A stretch of 64,000 nt of DNA, taken from the NCBI GenBank assembly GCA_024679065.1, contig JAGIQG010000011.1, forward strand, positions 30,070,001 to 30,134,000. Reading direction: 5' to 3'. This document shows positions 25,811 through 39,200 of the stretch, piece by piece. The stretch's first letter is position 1, and every line of letters begins with the position of its first letter. The notes under the pieces are model-generated. The model had not been told where the DNA came from. It was given only the letters and a program-made list of their open reading frames with translations, and made no database searches. The stretch is from Sphyrna mokarran (Eukaryota). The position numbers were made by a program, and so were the translations under genes.

Positions 25811-27000
25811 GTGAATTGTGCAACAAATTTGATTACTTATCTAAATGAGTACAATATTCCAAATTCCTGCTAGTTAATTGACTCCCCTATGGAATACTTA
25901 TTGCTTGTTTCATTGTTTACACGTTCAAATTCTGATAAACCAGTAGCTAGCTTGCTAGGAAATACTCTGCTTAGATCAGTGTTTTGTTCCAATCAGGATC
26001 TATTAACTACAGGGAATATAGCCTATCACAAATCTTTGCGGTGCACTAACAATGCAATATAAATCATTTAATATGTTTAAAATTATGTACATAGGGTATG
26101 CAGTACAGAAAGATGCCATTCAGTCCAAACAGTTCATGTCAACATTTATGTTCCATATACCTTTGATTAAGACTTATCTTCTTCCCTTCTTTCCCATATG
26201 CTTGCCCATCACCTTGAATCCATTTGTACTATTCACTGCTGAGTTTCACATTTTCACCATTCTTTGGGTAAAGAAGTTTCTTTTGAATTCCCTATGGTAT
26301 TTCTTGGGGAATATCCTATAATGATGGCCTCTACTCTGCTCTCCCCCATAAGTGGAAAACTTTTCCCTTTTATAATTTTAAAAACTTCAATTCGATCTTA
26401 AATCACACCTCATCTTTATTTTTTGAAGAGAAAAGAGAATCAACTTTGTCAGTCCTTTCCTGATATATACTTGCATGCATTTCTAGTAGCATCTTGGTGA
26501 CTTTCACTTGCATCATATTTTTATAACTACAGATAGTACTCTTAAATGTGGTCTGACCAAGGTTCGATCAGGTTTAACATAATTTCCCTACTTTTCAATT
26601 GTGTCTTTTTAGAAATAAAGCCCACTGCCTTCTGTTTGTACACAATGTTGCACTCTAGTACTTTTGTGTAGCATATTTTTGAACTGCAGCCTTGGTGGAT
26701 TTGTGCTTGCATTTGGACTTGCCTGGCCTTGAGGTATTGCTGGGTAGTGATCCTGTGCTGTTTAGTTTCCTTTCCTTGTTCTCAGAAAATGAAGATAGTA
26801 AAGTGGTATCAGCGTATCACTATTGGATTCCAAGCAAAAGATGAAAGGATACTATTAATGTAGGACTATTTTAATACAGATGTTGGCCTTGATTTTCATT
26901 AACCTCTTTGTCCTATAAAATTGAAGTGCCAGCTACGCCAACAAAGAATCAGACCAACATCACATCATTCCATGATGCAGAATATTGCTGAAAGTACTCT

Positions 27001-29220
27001 CATAAGAACATAAGAAATAGCAGCAGGAGTAGGCCATCTGGATCCTCGAGCCTGCTCCGCCATTCAGTAAGATCATGGCTGATCTGAAAGTGGTTCAGTT
27101 CCACTTACCCGCCTGTTCCCCATAACCCTTAATTCCCTTATCGATCAGAAATCTATCTACCTGTGACTTAAACATATTCAACAAGGTATTCTCCTTCACT
27201 TCAATGGGCACAGAATTCCAGAGATTCACCACCCTCTGAGAGAAGAAGTTCCTGCTCAACTCTGTTCGAAACTGACCCCCCCTTATTTTGAGGCTCTGTT
27301 CTCTAGTTCTTGTTTTCTTTCTAAGTGGAAAGAATCTCTCTGCCTCCACCCTATCTAGCCCTTTCATCTTATATGTCTCTATAAGATCACCCTCAGCGTT
27401 CTAAACTCCAACGAGTACAGGCCCAGCCTACTCAACCTCTCCTCATAATCTAACCCCCTCATCTCCTGTATCAATCTGGTGAACCTTCTTGTACTCCCTC
27501 CAAGGCCAATATATCTTTTCACAAATAAGAGGACCAAAATTGTACACAGTACTCTGGTTGCAGCCTCACTAGTACCTTGTACAATTGCAGCAAAACTTCC
27601 TTGCTTTTCTATTCTATTCCCCTCACGATAAAGGCCAACGTTCAATTTGCCTTCTTGATCACCTGTTGCACCTGCAGACTAAGTTTTTGCGATTCATGCA
27701 CAAGGACCCCTAGGTCCCTCTGCACAGTAGCATGTTGTAATTTTTCACCGTTTAAATAATATTCCATTTTATTATTATTCCTTCAAAGTGGATAACCTCA
27801 CACTTGCCAATGTTATATTCTATCTGCCAGATCCTCGCCCACTCACTCAGCCTATCCAAATCTCTCTACAGATTTTCTGTGTCCTCTACACAATTTGCTT
27901 TCCCACTCATCTTCATATCATCAGCAAACTTCATTACTCTACACTCAGTCCCCTCCTCCAGGTCATCTGTGTATATGGTAAACAGTTCAGACCCCAGCAC
28001 TGATCCCTGTGGCACGTCACTAGTCACCAACTGCCAACCAGAAAAGCACCCATTTATTCCAACTCTCTGCTTCCTGTTAGATAGCCAATCCTCAATCCAT
28101 GCTAACACTTTACCTCCAGCTCTGCATACCCCAATTTTCTGCAGCAACTTTTTATGAGGCACTTTATCGAACACCTTCTGGAAATCTAAAAACACCACAT
28201 CTACTGGCTCCCTTCTGTCAATGTCACTCATTACATCCTCATAGAAATCCAGTAAGTTCGTCAAACACGACTTTCCCTTCACAAATCCATGCTGCGTCTG
28301 CTTGATTGAACCATTCTTCTCCAGGTGTCCTGCTATTTCTTCTTTAATGATGGATTCAAGCATTTTTCCAACTGCTTTATGTCCGTAGTTACCCACCTTT
28401 TGTCGACTTCCTTCTTTAAACAGCGGTGTAACAGTAGCTGTTTTCCAATCAGCCAGCACTTCCCCAAAGTCCAGTGAATTTTGATAAGTCACTACTAATG
28501 CATCTGCTATTACTTCTGCCATTTCTTTCAGAATCCTGGGATGCTTTCCATCTGGGCCCGGGGACTTGTCTACCTTTAGTCGCATTAGTCTTTAGTAACA
28601 GTAATCGTTTTAAGGATCTCACCCCACAGTCCCACAACCGTTAATGTTCAGTAAGCTATTTGTGTCCATGAAGACCGACACAACAAACTTGTTTAAGGCC
28701 TCAGCCATTTCCTTGTTTTCCATTACTAAATCCCCCTTCTTGTCTTCTAAGAGTCCAACATTTACTTTGGTCACTCTTTTCCTTTTTATATATTTGTAAA
28801 AACTTTTACATTCAGTTTTTATATTTTGCGCTAGTTTAGTTTCATTATCTATCTTTCCTTTCTTTATCGCTTTCTTATCGTTCTTTGTTGTTTTGTAAAG
28901 CTTTCCCAATCTTCTAATTCCCCACTAGTTTTGGCCACTCTGTACACATCGGTTTTTAATTTAATATTTTCCTTTATTTTCTTCATTATCCACGGCTAGT
29001 CATCCCTTTTTTTACATTCCTCCTTTATCATCGGAATATATTTTTGCTGAGTATTGAGAAAAATCTCCTTAAAAATCGTCCACATTCCTCAGCTATCCTA
29101 CCAACTTGTCGGCGCTCCCAGGCCACATTAGCCAACTCCGCCCTCATCTTATCGTACTCCCCTCTGTTTAAGCAGAGGACACTGGTTTGGGACCCTACTT
29201 TCTCACCCTCCATCTGTAGA
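27001..29220 (-). mobile_element. CR1 LINE fragment (family C), degraded ORF2 to 3' tail
   Basis: ORFs 27095-28909(-) with KSPGPDG, QHGF, VPQGSVLG, KFADD and FFSQRVVNLWN; (TTCTTATG)n tail at 27001. Confidence 0.92.
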
Positions 29221-30334
29221 ATATCTCTGACTCTCATAGATTGGTCCTGATTGTGGCCGTCTGCTAAAAGTGGAGTAATTCATTTATCCCTCATAAGTGG
29301 TGATGGAGGGGTCTAAAACAGGTAAAGTGGATTGGTGTCATTTCCTGATCTGTTTTGCCAAACTGCATTTAACATGGCTAGTTTTGTGGCAGTCTTATTA
29401 ATCAATGTAATCACAATTATATGATGTACATGGGAACTCACTAGAATTTTAACTGGCTACTCAGCCTGTTTTGGGCTTTCTGCCAATAAAACAATACTAA
29501 AGAAGCCAGCGATGCACGCCTGGATAAGTTTCTAAACATTTTCTTTGTGGGCTCACGAGCAACAGGAATGCTTCTCTGGGCCCGCACAAGAAAAATCTGA
29601 ACCTCTGACTTCCCCTTCTCTAAATCATAACCCACCTCAATCCCTCCCAGTTTCACATCTCTGCAAACATCCCCAGTCCCAGATTTACCATTGTCAGCTA
29701 ATGTCAGAAACATCGACTGCGGGTGTCACTGGACCCGCATTTTTAGCTAATGCATTTTTAGCAATGACTTGTTACATTTAAGAGTCAACTATGTTGTTGT
29801 GGATCTGGAGTCACTGAACCAGAACATGGCAGATTTTCTTCCCCAAAGGGCATGGTTTCTTGGTCATCATTATACTATTAATTCCATTTTTTTAAATTGA
29901 ATTCCAATTCTGTAGAGATATGGGGGTGAGGCCTGGGTGGGATTGTGGTCAGTGCAGACTCAATGGGCCGAATGGCTTCTTTCTATACTGAGGTTTCTGA
30001 TTTCTTTGAATTTCACCATCTGTCATGGTGGGATTCAAATACAGGTCCCCTGAATTACTAATCCAGTGACAGTATCACAACGTCACCACTTCTGCTTGCT
30101 GTATTTTACTAATGTATATATTTATTGCTAAGTACTCTGCATCCAGCAGATTATTCTAAAGGACACTTTGCTTCTTCTAGCCCTCAGTGCAGGGTCCCAA
30201 TGACAGGGAATGCAACACAAATATAGCACTATAGTATTGGCAAAGCAATATTTCATCCTGCCCTCCCTGTGAAAGCAATTCCTTGCTTGGAGCTCAAGAT
30301 AATGTAATGAATAAAGCTTGTTTTTCTTGTCTAG

Positions 30335-30483
30335 GTGTGTGTGCAACATTGACTGTTCCCGCATCAGTTTCAACCCTGTGTGTGCTTCTGATGGTAAATC
30401 CTATGATAATCCTTGTCAGGTTAAAGAGGCATCTTGCCAGAATCAGGAATTCATAGAAGTCACTCATTTGGGAAGATGTCCAG
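30335..30483 (+). CDS. TMEFF2: TMEFF2 coding exon (Kazal/follistatin 2: CVCNIDCSRISFNPVCASDGKSYDNPCQVKEASCQNQEFIEVTHLGRCP)
   Basis: ttcttgtctag| and |gtaact; Kazal motif PVCASDGKSYDNxC. Confidence 0.96.
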
Positions 30484-31113
30484 GTAACTAAAATTTTGAT
30501 TGCTCCATATGGTACTTGAAATGTGTGATTTTAGGCATGATTTTATTTCTGCAGAACTCTATGAATATTATGTCAAAGTTCGCGATACAGTATGATGCAG
30601 GTATATTCATTGAACCTTCATTAAAGTGCTTGAAGAGAACATGGATTGAAGAATTGGAGCTGCAGCATTACATTTGTATCTCTGACCCCCAATCAGAATG
30701 CAGGATTAGTAACTTTGTACAAATGATTGGCTTTTCCTGAATATTTTATGGTGTTAAATCCTTGTGATATTCCATAATCAGTTTATTCAACTTTTTCAGT
30801 GTCTGTGTAGCAATCAAGAAGTATAATGAAGTTACTAAATGACTATAAAACAAAATGAAACAATTTGACAACATTTATGTCAGACGTAGCCAACTTTTCA
30901 TGCAGTACTTCTGTAGATGAAGTGCAATTTTTTACTTATTTGTGTCAACTGATGCATTTTATCCCATCCAGAACCCAGCGATGAAATGACAAAACCGTTA
31001 TTGCCACTAGCACAGAATTTCAGCACAATACCAAACTCTCTAAAAGAAACCAAGACAGCTGGACTGAAAGAACTACTGCTGATTTACCATGAGGTAGATT
31101 GTGCTGTATGTTT

Positions 31114-31420
31114 GGATGGCACAGTGGTCAGCACTACTGCCCTACAGCATCAAGGACCCGGGTTCAATTCTGGTTTTAGGGGATTATATGGAGTTTGCAC
31201 ATTCTCCCTGTGTCTGGATAGGATTGCTCCAGTTTCCTCCCATAGTCCAAAAATGTGCAGGTTAGGTGGATTAGCCATGGTCAATTGCCCCTTAGTGTCA
31301 GGGAGAGTGGCAGAGTGAATACATGGGGTTACAGGGATAGGACCTGGGTGGGATTGTTGTTGGTGCAGATTTAATAGGGCTGAATAGCATCTTTCTGCAT
31401 TGTAGGGTTTCTATAATTCT
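31114..31420 (+). mobile_element. V-SINE (HE1-like)
   Basis: GGCACAGTGGTCAGCAC..GGTTCAATTC head, V core and CR1 tail. Confidence 0.82.
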
Positions 31421-34039
31421 GTGAATACTGGGCCGTTAACTGCTGATAATAACATACACAGCACAGATATTGCTGAAGAAGGATGACATTGAAAAACTGA
31501 GTTTCTCCAGAAATTCAGGCAGAAATCCTCCTTTACACTTGTTCTACTGCACTGAAGGATGAGGACAGAAGAGAATGAATGAGTAACATTTTCCAAACTT
31601 TAACAAGAGCTAATATACTGAATAGAAAATTATAGACATGGAATGAGAAAGATAAGGAGGTAGAAAATGGGGAGAGTAGAAGGAATGGGGGAATGGGAGG
31701 ATGGATGGAATGTTAAATGCAAAACAAGAAGGAAAGCAATGAGAAGAAACAAGGAGTGAGGACATGAATTATAGGTAACAAAAGAAAGAAGTCATTAAAC
31801 AATGAGTGAAAGCTGGAGTGAGAATGAAAGACGCTAGTGGAAATGGGCAAGGGGGAGTGATTGAAATGGAGAGTATAAAAAGTGAATGAGGGATGTTGGG
31901 GAAAAGATGGAATAACTGAATGAAGGTAGAAAGAGAGAGAGAAAATAAGAAGGAGAAATCTCTGGATACAGAACTAAGTGGAAACAACCCATTTTAACAG
32001 TCACAATGATGTAATTTTGAAACTGAATTCAACACTTTAGTCACAATGAGAATATTGGCTCATGTAGTAACATGCATTATAGGATTGATTCCACAGTCAG
32101 GAGGAACTGGTATTGAGGAAAGCATTATGGGAAATTATAAATGGACAGCTTGTGGCTTTCTAGCGACCCATTTAAACAAATGAAAAATAATGGGTTTTAT
32201 GCACAGATTTCTCAGTGCGGTCCCTGCAAATGCCAGCCCTCGTTGAAAGAATGGAAATGTACAGTTTTCCCATCTATTTAAAATTTATAGCCCCTTGACA
32301 GCATATAAACTACTTTTTCACGTCTTGAAAAGTTGACCATCTGTGACCTACACATTCTACTTTCTCTCTCTCTTTCTACTGTCATTCACTCTTTGCATCT
32401 CTTCCCCAACACCCCTCTCTCATTCAATTTTCTGCTCTCCATTTCAATCACTCCCCCTTACCCACTTTCTGTAATCTCCTTCATTTCCTTGCTACTCAGA
32501 CCATACAAAGCCTAGTCATATGATCCCAAATATTCAGTAATACAATGAATTCTTTCCATTGAAAGATGCTGTACAACCAGAACCAGGTCTTGGAAGATCT
32601 GATGTCATCTTATTATAGGCATGCTAAGAAGGTGAATTTAAGTGAATTGCAAAAGTTAGCACAATATAGAGAACAAATTAATGTTATAAACCACTGACTT
32701 AAAAAACTGCACATTAAAATTTTCTGACTTGGAGACTCTGAATATGTTGTAATCAATATACTTGGCTTTGTTTCTTTCCAGTTCCAAGATAAACCAATTG
32801 AACCTTATTCTGGACATTATCCAATATTATTGTTTTTTTCTTGAATATCTGTTTTGAAGGCACCACTTGAATTAAATAGTGTAATGGAACAAAACAATTG
32901 CAAGAGCTATTCATTAAGAGACTGAAGTATAGTACCTAGTTTTAGCTGGAAATCATTCCCTGGCTTTGTCTACAAGGATACCTTTTCATTTCTGGAGCAT
33001 TCATATCAACAGCACTCAAGAATACCCATATACACTATAGTATACTATACTACCATGAATGTACTATCTTAGGAGTATATTGACACTATCCATTGGAGAT
33101 ATTAGCAGATGTTTTCCCCCATCCAATAAGGAAAGCAGGAATCTGAGGGACTGGAAGATTAGGCACAAAAAATAATTACTATTGAATTATGTGCACTTAT
33201 CCCACAATTACTGACCCTGCCAATATATAACACAGTTACATTGTTTGACAAAAATGTAAAGAAAATAAGGATTTTGGCAATAACATTGGTGTTAACTAAA
33301 TAAAAAATTTATGATAATTTTTGAAATCATATATAGCCAATAACTTCCAAAGAGAGATTTTGTCAGAGCATAACATAAACTACTCCCCAACTTAGATTGC
33401 AGTGTCTTTCAATACATGAAGTATATATATGATTATATCAATCTACAATATTTGGCATCATATCTGTATTATATTCTAATCAGCAGGAACTTTTTAAAAG
33501 AAATGCTTGTAAACTAAGGATTCCACAGGGGTAAAGGTGAAGTTACTTGGATAGTGAGGAAAGCCAGTCTTGGGAGATGATGAAGAATCAATCATTTATG
33601 GGTCATAAATTTTCCTGCTTTTCCTAATCAACCTACAAGAAAATGCCGTTTTAAAATAGCCACTTTTATACTTAACACATGAAGCCTTCAAACATGCAAG
33701 GTATCTTTTATTTTAATTAATGGTCCACCTTTATCAGGGAAAATTGTTCTGGAAAACTACCTTCAGTAAACTAGCAACTCTAATCTTACTAATTTGCACA
33801 TTAATTGAAGATTTAGGCTTAAAATTAAATGCCTTTGTGCAAGTTCAATTAACAGTTAAATAAAATGCTACTTTTTCCCTTGCAATTTTAACAGGAAAAA
33901 TGTACATCTTACTTTCCAGCTGTTTACTTGTAGAGAGAACTAATGGAAAGAGTCACAGGACAGAAATGTGTTGTTACCATGCAGATTATCAGGGTAGCTG
34001 CAGTGTCTCTAAGTCAAATTTCCAATTTTCTTTGAACAG

Positions 34040-34099
34040 AAAATGTGACTACAGGTACAAAAACTGAAGATGGGCTTTATGCAAGAACTGATTATACAG
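34040..34099 (+). CDS. TMEFF2: TMEFF2 60-bp coding exon (ENVTTGTKTEDGLYARTDYTE)
   Basis: tttgaacag| and |gtaccc; matches TMEFF2 KSEDGHYARTDY linker. Confidence 0.92.
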
Positions 34100-35317
34100 G
34101 TACCCATTTCAATATCTAACGGTTTTGTGGGATATAGTTCCTATTTCAGCAATAAAGTTAATTTTTTTTAAAAAAGAGGTTATTTTCTAATAATCTTAGG
34201 AGCTAAGAGACATCTAAGGTTATTTACTTTTCCGCAACTGTTTTTTAAACCATTACAGAATATCATTTATTGTGATATTTTCATGATTCAGTATATTGCC
34301 TGCCTCCACCAACATGTTACAAGAGTCAGCCAGCAGCTGTTAAACCTTAAAAGAAATCCCACACTGTAGCAATAATATGCTGCCAGAAAGTTAAAAAGAA
34401 AATAGGAATGAACTTCGACACTCAGTTGGAAGAGGTCTTGCTCTCTGTGGCAATCCCAGCAGCACTAGAACAGAGCAGTAGGCTTTGCTGGGAGCAGCCG
34501 CATGAAGAGCTGCAATGGATTCTGCACCCAGGTCCTGGGCTTTTAGGATATGAGGAGATCGGCAACCTCGGGAGGGGGAACGATGGGCCGGGTAACATCT
34601 TTGTCAGGAGTATCTGCTCACCCTCCCTATGCCAGCTATTTCAATCCTTTTATAGCTTGGGTAGCATGAAATGCAGGTCAATTGACAAACTCAATTGCCC
34701 ATTTTTTTAAATGGTAGATGGGTTAATGAATTTGGCACGTACATATCCACAATGAAAACAGTGTTGGCAGTGGGCAGAAAGGTTTGCCATCTTCCTATTT
34801 ATCTGCCCTCCTGCTAAATTGTGCAAATGGTGATCTTTACAATTATTCATAATATGCTAGTAAGAGAGAATATCAGTAAGATGTTTGTTTCTAATAACTC
34901 TTTCTGGAAAGACAAGATCAGGTTCAGATGGAAAGTCCTGCATAGTTGAATAAGTCTGCCAAAATTCACTGACTAGGTTTCCATTAAAAACAGCCACTTA
35001 AATGAGAGGTAGAGGAGAATGAACATCTCTGGATAGTGTGCATAGTGTGATTCAGGACATAGTACAGAAAGTCGCTGGCCAAGAACTTTAAAGCTGAATT
35101 GCTTTTGTGATCTCAATTTCATAAGTTAGATCTTGTTCTCTCTGAACTACCTTCACTGTAATTTATTGTATTTGTGCTGTGATTAATCTAATCTTAATGT
35201 CATGTTTTTTAAGGTGAGATTCATACAGAATTCAACCTTTTCTGCCTTTAATTTTTGTTTAAACTTAAGTTTTTCATTTATTTTATTTACTGCCTACTTA
35301 ACATTTTATTTTTCCAG

Positions 35318-35444
35318 AAAAAAATGCCAATAAATTAGAAAAACCTGCCCGGGGACTATATATCCCATGTCCCAATCACTTGGATAATCTCTGTCTGCAT
35401 GGAAAATGCGAATACTTGATTAATAAACAGGAACCATCTTGCAG
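35318..35444 (+). CDS. TMEFF2: TMEFF2 coding exon (EGF-like domain C1-C4: KNANKLEKPARGLYIPCPNHLDNLCLHGKCEYLINKQEPSC)
   Basis: ttttccag| and |gtaaat; EGF cysteine spacing. Confidence 0.95.
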
Positions 35445-35550
35445 GTAAATGTTTAGACAACACCATAGTTAGTCAAAGTTTTGTGATCTTTGTAAACATC
35501 CCTTCTTTCAATATTGTATCATTTTCTGTCCAATTATTCTCATTTTGCAG

Positions 35551-35709
35551 CTGTGAAGCAGGTTTCAAAGGACCACGTTGTGAACAAAAAGAGTTTAATG
35601 TTTTGTATGTAGTTCCTGGAGCTGGAAAACTTCAGTACGTCTTGATAGCATCCATCATTGGAGCTGTGCAGGTGGCCATCATTTTGATTGTAGTTCTTTG
35701 CATAACAAG
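35551..35709 (+). CDS. TMEFF2: TMEFF2 coding exon (EGF C5-C6 + transmembrane helix)
   Basis: ttttgcag| CEAGFKGPRCEQKEFNVLYVVPGAGKLQYVLIASIIGAVQVAIILIVVLCITR |gtaatc. Confidence 0.96.
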
Positions 35710-36104
35710 GTAATCTCAAGTAACTTGACCAATTATTAATGAGTGTGATAATCAAGCATTTCTCTGATTTCGATCCATTACCATTTTGTACTGCCTAAGT
35801 GGGTAATGTTAGTCTTGTGAAGCACTGTCTCATTTCAGACACTTGGATTCCACAGATCCTGATCAGCTACAAGAGTAAGCAGCGCCCTGTTATTAATCTG
35901 AAAGAGACTGAGTCTGGTTTGCATGTTCCTTAGTGACTTCATGATAATATTGAGAAATCAGAGTGACAAAACTGGAAAAGCAGGTCTCTAAGGAAGGTTT
36001 CCGTACCTGCAACAAAAGCATACGCACACATTAAAAATCAGTAGGTTGAAGAAATTTTGCATGTTTCCACAGAGCATTAGAAATTTGATTTTGAAGGGGA
36101 ATGG

Positions 36105-39100
36105 TGAAATAGTGATGATTTTACAAGACAAATAACACAAAGACCTAGACAAGTACTCTGGAGATGTACAAGTTCACATTCCACCATGATAGCTAGAGAG
36201 AATTTAAATTCAAATAATTAAATAAATCCAGAACATAAAGCTAGTCTCAATTGTGATGATGATCGTGAAACTATCAGATTCAGAAGTGGAAATCTGCCCT
36301 CCTTATCAGTCTGGCCTACATGTGACTCCAGACCACAGCAATATGGTTGACTGTTAACTGCCCAGTCATTTGTATCAAGCCACAATAATAAAGCATAATA
36401 AGAATAAAGCTGGACAGATCACATGGTGTCAACCTAGGCACCAGACACAACAAAAGCAAAGTTGCTCCTGCCCACTCTGCCTCACTAACAGCTGGAGCTT
36501 GGACCAAATTTGGAAGTGCTATCCCAAAGACAAGTCAAAACATAGTCACGCTCACCAAACCATACCTTCGAACAATGTCCCACATTCCTCCATCACCATC
36601 CTCTAGTGTGCCCTGTTAGAGTCCATAGTATATAATTGGATAGGAGTGACCCCAACAGTCCTCAGCATCAACTTTGGACCTAATGAAGTCTCATGGCCTC
36701 AGGTCAAACCTGGGCAAGAAAACATCTTACTGTGCTACCTACCATTTTTTTGTCAGTTAATGAATCAGTACTCCAAGTTGAACACCACTTGCGAGGGCGC
36801 AGAATATATTCTGGGTGGGGGACTTCAGTATCCATCATCAACAGTTTCACTGCTACTGACTGCTGCAGAACTAAGAGCATATCTGCAACTAGAATCGTAG
36901 AACAATAGAATCCTACAGTGCAAAAGGAGGCTATTTGGCCCATCGAGTCTGCACTGACCATAATCCCACCCAAGCCCTATCCCCATATATTTATCTTAGC
37001 TAGTCCCTGACATTAAGAGGAAATTTAGCCCAATTTTTGCATATCTTTGGACTGTGGGAGGAAACCAAAAGCACCCAGAGGAAACCATGCAGACACAGGA
37101 ACAATGTGCAAACTCCACACAGACAGCAACCCAAGCCAGGATTCGGAACTAGTGCTGTGAGTTAGCAATGCTAAGCAGTGTTACCGTGCTGCTGCTGCCA
37201 CAACTAGTGAGATTATCACTAAGAAAATAAAACCTTTTGCCATTGTCTTCATCAGTCTACCTTTTGCAGATTTGTTCTTGATAGGACTGACTACCACAAA
37301 TATCCCTGTGAAAACAAATCCTGTTATCATACTGAGGACATATTCCATTGAGCTATATGCACCATGCCAAATGGGATAGATTCAGAACAACTCTCAACTC
37401 AAAACTGTAGATTTATGAGCCACAGTGGGCTATCATAGTCAGCAGCAGAATTGTCTTCAACCACAATCTATAACTTTATGGCCTGTTGTATCCCTTATTG
37501 GATCTCGTTACCATTAACCAGGATTAGTCCACTCTGGTTAAATGACGAATATAGGAGAAAATATCAGGAGCAGCATCAGATATACTTAAAAAAAAGAGTT
37601 GTCATCCTGGTGAAGATACCAAACGCATGTTGAACTGTGGAAGAAGCATGCTATAGATAAAGTTAAGTGGTCCCACAACTAATAAATCAGATCAAAGCTC
37701 TGCTGTCCTAACTTGTCCAGTCTTGAATGGTGATGAACAATTAATGAGTAATGAAAGGAGGCAGCACTAAAAAACATCCCTACCCTCAATGATGATGGAA
37801 CCCAACATTTCAGTGCAAAACACCTCTGCCTGATGTTGCCGTCATGATTAATGTCAAATTTCAGTCAATTTCATTGAGACCAAGAAATGGCTGAGTACTA
37901 GATACAGGAAGAGTTATTTGACCTGGCAATAACCCATCTTTAGTGCTGAAGACTTAGCCTCCATAACCAGCTGTGCCCTAGCCAAGCTACCCCAGTACAG
38001 GTGCAACACTGACATCTACTTGACAAAGTGAAAAGTTGCCCAGGTATGTTGGTCCACAAACTCCAGCACAAATCAACATTCAGCACTCTGATTGATGATG
38101 TTGTAAAAATTTCCATTAAGTAATACTTACATAGTAATAACCCATTCACTGATGCTCAGTTTGGGTTTTTCCAAGGCAACTCATATCCAGACCTCAATAC
38201 AGTTTTGGTCCAAAGATGTTAAAAAAAAAGATAAATTCCAGAGATGCAATGAAAGTGACTTCCCTTGACTTTCAGGCAGTACTTGACTGAGTCTGGTATC
38301 AAAGACCACTGGTAAAGACAAATGGCAATATGAGGAAAGTTCTCCACTAGCTGGAGTTATACCTAGCACAAAGGAAGATGGTTGTAGTAGTTGAAGGCCA
38401 ATCACCTCAGCACCAGCGCATCATTGGAGGAACTCCTCTTCAACTGTTACAGTTCCCTCTATCAGAAGGACAGAAATGGGAATACTTACTGATGAATGTA
38501 CAGTGTTCAACTCAATTCACAACTCATCCAATAATGCAGTAGACTGTGCCTGCATGCCATAAGACATGAACAACATTCAGGCTTAGACTGATAATTGGAA
38601 ACAATATTTGTGCCATGCAAGTGCCAAATAATGACCATCTCTAATGTGAAAGTGTCCGATCACCTCCAATTGAAATTCATGGATGCATTCCTCAGCCATA
38701 AATTTTCTGGGGGTTTCCATGGATCAGAAATTTAATTGGACCAGCCTTATAAATAATGTAGATGAAAGAACAAGCCAGTGATTGGGAATTCTGCAGCAGT
38801 TAACTCATGTCCTGACGCCCCAAATTCTCTCCATCATCCACAAGGCACAAGTGTGATGGAATACTCCCCACTTGCCTGGATGAATGTAGCCCCAACAACA
38901 CAAGAAGCTCAACATCAATCAGAACAAAGCAGTCAACTTCATTGGCACACCATCCATCTTAAACAATCACTCCTTCCACCATAGGCATAAGGTGGCTGTA
39001 ATGTGTACCATTTACAAAATGCACTGTGACAACTCACCAAGGCATCTAACACCCAAAAAATAAGGGGAGTAGGCATATTGAAACACTACCACTTGCACAT

Positions 39101-39200
39101 TCCATTCCTAGTCCCAGGAACTCCCTTCCCAACAGCATTGTGGGTGTAGCCTCCACCACATGGACTGCAATGGTTTATAAACAATAGCCACATTCTGTAA
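36105..39200 (+). mobile_element. Highly degenerate LINE family D with SINE-like 5' segment, interrupted by a V-SINE (36895-37190, minus strand)
   Basis: Endonuclease-like remnants ~36600-36900, MEYSPLAW at ~38856, homology to 11800-12935. Confidence 0.6.

Noticed and set aside
34050-34060. Internal CAG|GTACAA possible alternative donor in the 60-bp TMEFF2 exon
   Set aside because: Would be in frame, but there is no evidence of use and the downstream residues match TMEFF2
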